From NCBI GenBank assembly GCA_036339875.1, contig JAYZAC010000143.1, positions 1 to 39,961 of the forward strand: a DNA stretch of 39,961 bases, read 5' to 3'. The stretch is from a bacterium. GTDB taxonomy: Bacteria; Muiribacteriota; UBA6191. This document shows positions 1 to 6,715 of the stretch, in pieces (the first letter of the stretch is position 1; every line of letters begins with the position of its first letter). The notes under the pieces are model-generated. The model saw nothing but the letters and a program-made list of their open reading frames with translations, was not told the origin of the DNA and did not search any database. A program made the position numbers and the translations under genes.

Positions 1-81
1 ACAGGCGAGGGATTAACATCTGCGCGCACTTTCACCCGACAGCGTAGATGTGTACTCAAAGGGCACTTTCGGATTACTTAG
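1..81 (+). CDS. 3' end (partial) of a CoA-acylating aldehyde dehydrogenase, EutE/PduP family
   Basis: Not in the ORF track. Frame 1 reads TGEGLTSARTFTRQRRCVLKGHFRIT* (TAG 79-81), matching the EutE/PduP C-terminus (TGEGxTSARTFxRxRRCVL...FRI). Followed by rpiB and a BMC pentamer gene. Confidence 0.88.
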   Translation, partial: TGEGLTSARTFTRQRRCVLKGHFRIT

Positions 82-89
82 GGTCTTTT

Positions 90-539
90 ATGAGAATAGC
101 GATTGCGTCTGATCACGGTGGTTACCGTATGAAAAATATTCTCAAACAGTATTTGGCTACCGAATTAGCAATAGAGGTAATTGATGATTTTGGCCCCTAC
201 GATTCCAACAGTGTTGATTATCCAGATTTTGCTGTGATGGTTGCTCGGTCTGTTGCTAATGGAAGTTACGACATTGGTATTATGTTAGACGGTGTTGGAA
301 TTGGTTCAACAATGGCAGCTAACAAAATACCAGGAGTCCTTTGTGCTAACTGCTGGGATGATTTTACTGCCAACAATGCTCGTGAGCATAACCATGCAAA
401 CATGCTTTGCATAGGTGCGCAAATTATTGGAGATAGCTTAGCTAAAACTATTGTAAAGAAATTTATAGAAACTGAGCCAGCAACTGGCCGGCATTCTGCT
501 AGAGTTAGTAAAATAAAAGCTTTGGAGCCCGCCTTGTAA
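90..539 (+). CDS. rpiB: Ribose-5-phosphate isomerase B (RpiB/LacAB family), Asp variant
   Basis: Motifs MRIAIASDHGG, VDYPD, DGVGIGSTMAANK, AREHN, GRHSARV. Start placed at ATG 90, just after the upstream stop at 81, rather than 48. Confidence 0.9.
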   Translation: MRIAIASDHGGYRMKNILKQYLATELAIEVIDDFGPYDSNSVDYPDFAVMVARSVANGSYDIGIMLDGVGIGSTMAANKIPGVLCANCWDDFTANNAREHNHANMLCIGAQIIGDSLAKTIVKKFIETEPATGRHSARVSKIKALEPAL

Positions 540-551
540 GGTGCTTGTGAT

Positions 552-812
552 ATGATTTTAGCTAAAGTTTGCGGTAATGTAGTGGCTACACATATTGAGC
601 CGGGTTTTCATTCGGTACCACTCAGATTCGTAGTAAAAGTTTTCGACCTTAATGATTCGGAAACAGTAGGAGAACCTTTCATTGCGATAGACAGAATAGG
701 CGTTTGTGATGGAGAATTCGTTTTATTAGAGACGGCAATGGAATCGGGACTTGGTATGTCTCGTCGATGTGGTGCTGATGCGGCTATAATTGCAATAGTA
801 GACAAAATCTAA
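552..812 (+). CDS. BMC vertex (pentamer) protein, EutN/CcmL family
   Basis: 86 aa; MILAKVCGNVVAT start, IAIDRIG..GEFVLL, DAAIIAIVD end. Confidence 0.88.
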   Translation: MILAKVCGNVVATHIEPGFHSVPLRFVVKVFDLNDSETVGEPFIAIDRIGVCDGEFVLLETAMESGLGMSRRCGADAAIIAIVDKI

Positions 813-825
813 GTCAGAGGTAATT

Positions 826-1272
826 GTGTTAAGAGTAAGGGTTTCTGGTGCGTTAGTTAGGAATGGTGACTTGCTGTTAATCGAACATACCAAGAATTCT
901 GAAATTTACTATTTGTTACCGGGGGGAGGAGCTGAGGGCTTTGAAGATCTTAAAACTTCTCTAAAACGTGAATTCCTTGAAGAGTTGGGAATGAATGTGA
1001 TCGTGGGCGAGGTATTGCAATTGGCTCAAAATATTGCACCTGATGGAAGTAGAAACATATTTCACGTAATTTTTTCTGTTAGCAGTAATGACGATCCTAA
1101 AATAAATGAATTTGGTGGGCGTATTACCGGATTCAGATGGCTTGATACTAGTGAGCAGAGTGCCTATCAAGAGCTTGTGTTCTATCCTCCGGTGCTCGAA
1201 CATCTTCTTGAATTGCTAAATAATAGCTCATATAATGGAATAGAAATGCTAATGCCGGGTTGGCAAGATTAA
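826..1272 (+). CDS. Nudix hydrolase
   Basis: Nudix box LPGG-GAEGF-E-DLKTSLK-REFLEELG; GTG start after GAGG. Confidence 0.88.
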   Translation: MLRVRVSGALVRNGDLLLIEHTKNSEIYYLLPGGGAEGFEDLKTSLKREFLEELGMNVIVGEVLQLAQNIAPDGSRNIFHVIFSVSSNDDPKINEFGGRITGFRWLDTSEQSAYQELVFYPPVLEHLLELLNNSSYNGIEMLMPGWQD

Positions 1273-1292
1273 TAGGTAGAAAAGGTAAACTA

Positions 1293-2246
1293 TTGAGAGT
1301 AAAATTCTGGGGATGTAACGGCTCAATAGCCTCGCCATGTGATTCTGAGCAGATTGAATCTAAAATTAAGCACGTTCTAAAATTAGCTAAGCCTGATGAT
1401 ATAGCTAATGAGCAATCTATTGAAAATTTTCTCGATTCGCTACCGCATGGCTGTAAAGGTACATACAAAGGCAATACCTCATGTGTTCAGGTTACAACCG
1501 ATTCAGGAGTAAATATTGTATTTGATAGTGGTACTGGAATCCGTAAAATGGCATTGGAATTGATGGCATCTCCTTTGGGTAAAGGACAAGGTGAACTCCA
1601 CATTTTTTACTCTCATCTGCACTGGGATCATATTCAAGGTTTTCCTTTTTTCGTTCCCGCTTATATACCCGGAAATAAGATACATATTTACGGGGTCATT
1701 AAAGAACTCGAGGAAAAATTTAGAGGGCAAATGACGCACCCTTACTTTCCAGTTCCATTTGATGGACTGGGTGCGGATATCGAGTTTCATGAATTACAGG
1801 AAGGAGAGGAAGTGACTATCAATCAGTCAGTTAAAGTGAACTCTGAAAAATTGTATCATCCTCAGGTTTCACATGCTTATTCCGTAGAAGAGAGTGGAAA
1901 AAAAGCTGTGTATATGACTGATAGTGAGTTTCATATGACTAATATGCAACTCATTCAAAATGCGGTCAATCTTTGTAAAGATGCTGATTTATTTGTTTTC
2001 GACTGTCAATTCACATTTCAAGATGCTATCAGCAAGATTGATTGGGGTCACTCAAGCGTTTTTACGGGTATAGATATTGCGACATCTGCGAACGCTAAGT
2101 CCTTATATTTGTTTCATCATGAGCCAGCATATGATGACTTCAAAATCGAAAAGATTATTGATGAGGCGATCAAGTATCAGAATGCAGCAGGTAACCCAAA
2201 TCTTATTGTGCAAGGTGCTTACGATGGTCTTACAGTAGATCTTTAA
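1293..2246 (+). CDS. MBL-fold metallo-hydrolase (RNase Z / phosphodiesterase-like)
   Basis: RVKFWGxxGS, GNTSC, DSGTG, HxHxDH (SHLHWDHIQG), YMTDSE, WGHS, FHHEP. ORF is open from 1260; TTG 1293 after AAAGGT is preferred. Confidence 0.85.
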   Translation: MRVKFWGCNGSIASPCDSEQIESKIKHVLKLAKPDDIANEQSIENFLDSLPHGCKGTYKGNTSCVQVTTDSGVNIVFDSGTGIRKMALELMASPLGKGQGELHIFYSHLHWDHIQGFPFFVPAYIPGNKIHIYGVIKELEEKFRGQMTHPYFPVPFDGLGADIEFHELQEGEEVTINQSVKVNSEKLYHPQVSHAYSVEESGKKAVYMTDSEFHMTNMQLIQNAVNLCKDADLFVFDCQFTFQDAISKIDWGHSSVFTGIDIATSANAKSLYLFHHEPAYDDFKIEKIIDEAIKYQNAAGNPNLIVQGAYDGLTVDL

Positions 2247-2287
2247 GTTTTCACTAGTAGCTCTATTTAACTAGTCCTTGAGGTTTT

Positions 2288-2641
2288 CTAGGAATTGTAG
2301 GATTCCATTGCCAGCTCTATTGAGCCATATATGCCAATTAAGTCTGTTATTCCCATAAGTTCGAAAATACTTCCAACCTCACTACTCAAACCCGCTAAAC
2401 AAAGGTTACCATTTTTCTTTTTAACGCTTTTTTGAAAAGATAAAATTAATCCCACGTAGGTGGAGATTATGAAACTAACTTCACTAAGATCTAAAATGAT
2501 ATTGTAATTTTCTAGATCAAATTCTTTATTGAAGACTTCACGAAAAGCTTCTAAAGAGTGAATATCTAGTCTACCTTCAAAAGCAAGTGACACGATTCTA
2601 TCTGAAACTTGTTTACGATATATCTGTATTCTGGAGCCCAT
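2288..2641 (-). CDS. STAS-domain anti-sigma factor antagonist (SpoIIAA/RsbV-like)
   Basis: 117 aa; EGRLD, IILDLSEVSFIIST, LCLAGLS..V..IFELMGI. Confidence 0.85.
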   Translation of the reverse strand: MGSRIQIYRKQVSDRIVSLAFEGRLDIHSLEAFREVFNKEFDLENYNIILDLSEVSFIISTYVGLILSFQKSVKKKNGNLCLAGLSSEVGSIFELMGITDLIGIYGSIELAMESYNS

Positions 2642-2806
2642 AAATTAAAAATATATTTTCCTGTGTAAGGTTTGTTAAATCTTAGTTCTCAATCCTCAAG
2701 AAGTAGTGGACAGATTTAATAATATTCCGAAACACCATTCTTAACTAACAACAGAACATGTTCTTTATCTGAGATTGTTAATCAATTCCAGACGAAGGTA
2801 TCAAAG

Positions 2807-3157
2807 TTAAAATTCTGCTAATGCTTCCGCATCACTATTGTAAATATTAAGTATGGTTGTTAGCTGTAAAAGGTCAAAAATTCCATAAACTTCTTCAGTT
2901 AATGAACTAAATTTTAGGTCACCACCTGCTGATTGTGCCTTCTTGTAATTTGACATGATTACCCCTAAGTGAGTAGACACAATGAAATTTACTTGGGACA
3001 TATTCAGAACAATTTTGAAATTTCCTGCATCAAATTCGTCGGCAAAAACATTCTTAAAATCTTCTAATGCGTTCATATCGAGGCGGCCTTTAATGTGGAG
3101 TAGAACTGTCTCGCTATTCTCCTTCTTTTCCCGCTTCGTAATCAAAGGATTTGTCAT
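2807..3157 (-). CDS. STAS-domain anti-sigma factor antagonist, paralog of 2288-2641
   Basis: 116 aa; KGRLD, IVLNMSQVNFIVST, GGDLKF, IFDLLQL, EALAEF. Confidence 0.85.
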   Translation of the reverse strand: MTNPLITKREKKENSETVLLHIKGRLDMNALEDFKNVFADEFDAGNFKIVLNMSQVNFIVSTHLGVIMSNYKKAQSAGGDLKFSSLTEEVYGIFDLLQLTTILNIYNSDAEALAEF

Positions 3158-3289
3158 AATTACAGAACCTTTTTCCAGCTACTTTTATACCGAATTCATA
3201 CTAACACAGCACAAAGTTGGATGCCAATTACGACGACTTAATTTTGAATTCATGGATGACTTGATAGCGTGATGTTGATTTGACATACT

Positions 3290-4345
3290 GTGAGTCATAT
3301 GTCTAAAAAAATTTCAATAACTCTGATCTTACTTAATTTGGGGGCGGCTATTTGTTTGTTTATATCTCTGAATAGTTATCTGGGAAATTTTTCACCAAAT
3401 TCTACAGTTACACCTCATGAGAGTTTATTAAATGAACAAATTAGAGTTGAATCTGAATACCTTAATTATATGGATCAGCTTAAGGAAACTGTCGTGTCTG
3501 TTTCCTTGAGTAAAGATGTGCAAAAATTGCGTAGGGGTAGTTTGAGAAAAAAATACTTCTTACCACGAAAGGCAGATGTATCTCAATCTACATTGAGGTA
3601 TGCATCATACACTGTAAAAAAAGATGAGTCGGATATTATTATTAGGCCCGTCTATGAGACCTTCAAGTCAAAACTTTTTTGGGATAAATTGTTGAAGATT
3701 ATGGCAAGACAAGCGCTTGTTTCTACTGATGAGATGAAAATCGCGTTACATCCCAATGGTGGTGAAAAGTTTACTGAAATTATAAGTATTTTCTTGAAAG
3801 ATGCAGGTCTTGCTAATTTGGAATACCCAGGAAATTTCAGTGAGTTTTCAATGCTTGGTGAAGATATTTTACTGTACTGGGATATTGTTTATAAAAAGTG
3901 TAGTTCATCAATTCGTAAAACAACAGGGAGCACTCAATGTGTCAAAGGCATTTTTACAGGTGAGATTGATCGCCTTAATTCTGTGAGAGATTTTGCCTTA
4001 AATTGGCAGGAAAATAATAATAATGCGAATGATATTGTGACAGAATTTGGGCAGATAAAGAGAAGCTATAGTAAAAGTTTTATTGAAGCTTATTGGCCTT
4101 CCATTGAACATTCAAATAGGTATCTGGGAGAAAATATAAATAAATTTTTGAAAGATCGTGGATGTCGATTCTTTAGAGAGGGTGACAAATTAGCTCTTAT
4201 ACGGAAGTCGCAAATCCTTCCAGATACCTTGCTAGTTAGTAAGGTTGAAATTAGTGGTAATTCCAATTTGACGTATTCTTTTGTTGCATTTTTATTATTA
4301 ATTTTGTCTATCTTAATATCTGTATATTTTATAAAAGGGACTTAA
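3290..4345 (+). CDS. Hypothetical membrane protein with N- and C-terminal hydrophobic helices
   Basis: 351-aa ORF; hydrophobic ISITLILLNLGAAICLFISL and YSFVAFLLLILSILISVYFI. Start could be ATG 3299. Confidence 0.65.
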   Translation: MSHMSKKISITLILLNLGAAICLFISLNSYLGNFSPNSTVTPHESLLNEQIRVESEYLNYMDQLKETVVSVSLSKDVQKLRRGSLRKKYFLPRKADVSQSTLRYASYTVKKDESDIIIRPVYETFKSKLFWDKLLKIMARQALVSTDEMKIALHPNGGEKFTEIISIFLKDAGLANLEYPGNFSEFSMLGEDILLYWDIVYKKCSSSIRKTTGSTQCVKGIFTGEIDRLNSVRDFALNWQENNNNANDIVTEFGQIKRSYSKSFIEAYWPSIEHSNRYLGENINKFLKDRGCRFFREGDKLALIRKSQILPDTLLVSKVEISGNSNLTYSFVAFLLLILSILISVYFIKGT

Positions 4346-5565
4346 ATCCAATCTGGTAGAGCTGTTTGGCTTAAATTGGTTGTTTCGATTTCTCTATCAG
4401 AGTTTCCATTTGAATATTGCTTCAATTTGTTTGGAATAATTCTAAAATTGGGATTAGATTGAGCAACTTGGCCACCTTTAAAGAGTTGATTTGCCAGAGG
4501 GATTAGCGGCTGAGTAGTTTTTGTTGGATAATTAATAAGCCACTTTTTAGATTGTACCAGCTTGTGTTTGAGTATATTAAATTGGATGGTTTGGTGGTCT
4601 ATAAATTTGGTTATTTTTTCGAGAAAATCCTTTTGAAGGTTTCTGTAATTGAGTACCTCGGCTCGGGTGGCACTGCGACTATATGGTAATGTTTTAGGTT
4701 TTATTGCATCTCTATTAACCAAGATTTGAGACTCAGCATAAATATAATTTTGTTTAATTTGTTTGAAGTCCTTCAATTTTTCTCGAGTCAGATTTTTTAT
4801 ATCTGTTACGAGTACCGCTTGTTCTTTGAGTAAAATACTCTCAAAAGATTTTTCCCAATGCTTACCGTTGATAAGCTCAACTTGTTGAATTATCGAATCT
4901 AATTTTTTAACTAATTGTTTTAGTTGGTAGGTCTGTAAGGTTGCAACATGATCAATGTAGAAACCTAAAGTATCTATTAGAAAATTTATTCTAGCTTGGC
5001 TAGTTAAGAGTTTTGAGTAATAAGATGTTTCAATAAATTGAATCGAATTATTTTGTACTTCTTGAGTCAGCTTTTTCATGAAAACGGAAACTTTAATCAA
5101 TTGCTGTCGAGTTTGAATTGATGCTTCGGTTCCTTGAAGAATTGAATTTCTTAATTGCTGAGTACGAATCTTAAATTCTTTAAGACCTAGTTTGGGTCGT
5201 AATTTTAGGAATTGAATCCAATATCGAAATACTTGAACATTTTGAAGGAATGTCTCATGTAAATTTCTGAAATACTCCAAGCTTAGTGACTGAATTGCAC
5301 CTAGTCGACTTCTTTTCAGTTGAGTATCTTTTGTATTTTTTTTTGTTAGTTGCATACTATTCTTAGTATTTATTCTCACTGGTTTTAAGGACTTTTCACT
5401 TGGAGTTCTTAAATATTTAGCATAGGAGCTAATACGATCTTTGAATGGCTCTTTTCTTACTTCTTTCAAATCACTGAAACATTGAATAGAAGAATTTAGG
5501 AGTGATATAAATAATAAAATATGAACAACGTGTATTTTCGTTACCATATGTTTTATTTCGCCCAA
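4342..5565 (-). CDS. Hypothetical, probably exported, basic helical protein
   Basis: 407-aa ORF; N-terminal hydrophobic stretch, K/Q/L-rich body; no family recognised. Start may be ATG 5547. Confidence 0.6.
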   Translation of the reverse strand: MGEIKHMVTKIHVVHILLFISLLNSSIQCFSDLKEVRKEPFKDRISSYAKYLRTPSEKSLKPVRINTKNSMQLTKKNTKDTQLKRSRLGAIQSLSLEYFRNLHETFLQNVQVFRYWIQFLKLRPKLGLKEFKIRTQQLRNSILQGTEASIQTRQQLIKVSVFMKKLTQEVQNNSIQFIETSYYSKLLTSQARINFLIDTLGFYIDHVATLQTYQLKQLVKKLDSIIQQVELINGKHWEKSFESILLKEQAVLVTDIKNLTREKLKDFKQIKQNYIYAESQILVNRDAIKPKTLPYSRSATRAEVLNYRNLQKDFLEKITKFIDHQTIQFNILKHKLVQSKKWLINYPTKTTQPLIPLANQLFKGGQVAQSNPNFRIIPNKLKQYSNGNSDREIETTNLSQTALPDWI

Positions 5566-5690
5566 TTTACCTTTGTAATTAATCGAATTTGCTCAAATTT
5601 GTAAATTCATGAAATTTTCTAAAAGTGCCTTGCTTCTAGTTATGTATTATGGTTTAATCCCCACTCTATATTTCCTGGCCGGAGTTTTAA

Positions 5691-5999
5691 ATGTATACAC
5701 TTATAACTGTCATCCACATCTTTGTTGCACTTTTGTTGATAGGGATAGTTCTTTTCCAAGCTGACGAAGGTTCGGGTTTGGGCGGTGCCTTTGGTACCTC
5801 TATGGCTGGAGGTGGCGGTGGCTCAATGTTCGGAAAAAAAGGTGCAGTGGGTGTTTTAACTAGGTTTACGGCGATTTTAGTTACCATATTTTTAATAACA
5901 TCTTTCGCCTTAACATTGATGATCTCCAAAGGTATGGTCGATGATGACGAACTGTCTCGTAACTCGGCCGTCAATGTACAGATTCCCGCGGGCCAATAA
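5691..5999 (+). CDS. secG: Preprotein translocase subunit SecG
   Basis: Two TM segments flanking LFQ..EGSGLGGAFG...SMFG..GA..VLTRFT; GGAG RBS. Confidence 0.93.
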   Translation: MYTLITVIHIFVALLLIGIVLFQADEGSGLGGAFGTSMAGGGGGSMFGKKGAVGVLTRFTAILVTIFLITSFALTLMISKGMVDDDELSRNSAVNVQIPAGQ

Positions 6000-6021
6000 T
6001 CTGCGCTTTTGTTTGTAGTCA

Positions 6022-6042
6022 CAGAAACATTGATTGTTTCTG
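6022..6042 (+). terminator. Hairpin downstream of secG (possible terminator or operator)
   Basis: Perfect 8-bp inverted repeat CAGAAACA-N5-TGTTTCTG; no strong U-tract directly after it. Confidence 0.3.
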
Positions 6043-6102
6043 AAGCTCACAGTTTTCAACCCTAGCTAACTAATTTGTAAGGCTTTGAGATTATGATGTT
6101 TT

Positions 6103-6714
6103 TTGTCCGTTTTTTTCCTTTGTCTGAAGGTCGATACAGCTTCTATGACGCGGTCAAGAATGATTACAAGTTGGCTTTTTTTGTTGACATTATATTGTAG
6201 TTTTTCTAATCCGTGCATTCGTTGGATTCTACACAACACAAACACTGCAAGTTTGAAGTTACAGGATGAGTTTGTAACTCAGTATCATCACTCATTTCCA
6301 GAACATTTGGATGTTAGTATTCATAAAACTTGCTCATCTAAATGGCGAGTTGAGGGATATATTTATCGAAATGATTTTAATGCTCCCTTTCTCAATTCTA
6401 TTTTCGGGGCTTTTGGTTCCTCTAATAGTTCCAGATCGGAGATAATACAACTAAATTTTTCAGTCTCTGATGTACAAATTCCGGACAGGGATGCTGAGCA
6501 TGTTTTGATTGAATATTTAATATCGGATAAAAGCCATAAACGAAATCAAGTTTTACATGATTTAATTCAGTCTTTTAACAAACAACTTCTAAGTATTATG
6601 GAGGCTGAATCGTTGGATGGTCCGATTTACTTAAAGTCTGGTAGTAATAGCTCCACGAAGGATCATCTCGAATTCTGGTTAAAACAGGATTTTGACTTTA
6701 AGACTCTGCGCTAA
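6103..6714 (+). CDS. Hypothetical protein, possibly exported
   Basis: 203-aa ORF filling the gap; start uncertain (an internal ATG precedes hydrophobic WLFLLTLYC). Confidence 0.5.
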   Translation: MSVFFLCLKVDTASMTRSRMITSWLFLLTLYCSFSNPCIRWILHNTNTASLKLQDEFVTQYHHSFPEHLDVSIHKTCSSKWRVEGYIYRNDFNAPFLNSIFGAFGSSNSSRSEIIQLNFSVSDVQIPDRDAEHVLIEYLISDKSHKRNQVLHDLIQSFNKQLLSIMEAESLDGPIYLKSGSNSSTKDHLEFWLKQDFDFKTLR

Positions 6715-6715
6715 G

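Noticed and set aside
48..89. N-terminal extension of RpiB from ATG 48
   Set aside because: It overlaps the aldehyde dehydrogenase 3' end in another frame; RpiB similarity begins at ATG 90.
2753..2764. Perfect palindrome AGAACATGTTCT between the STAS genes as a LexA box
   Set aside because: The Gram-positive SOS box is GAAC-N4-GTTC and this has a 2-nt spacer. It is a single copy, so it could be another operator or chance.
5687..6022. 111-aa minus-strand Pro-rich ORF
   Set aside because: Antisense shadow of secG; the Pro run mirrors SecG Gly codons.
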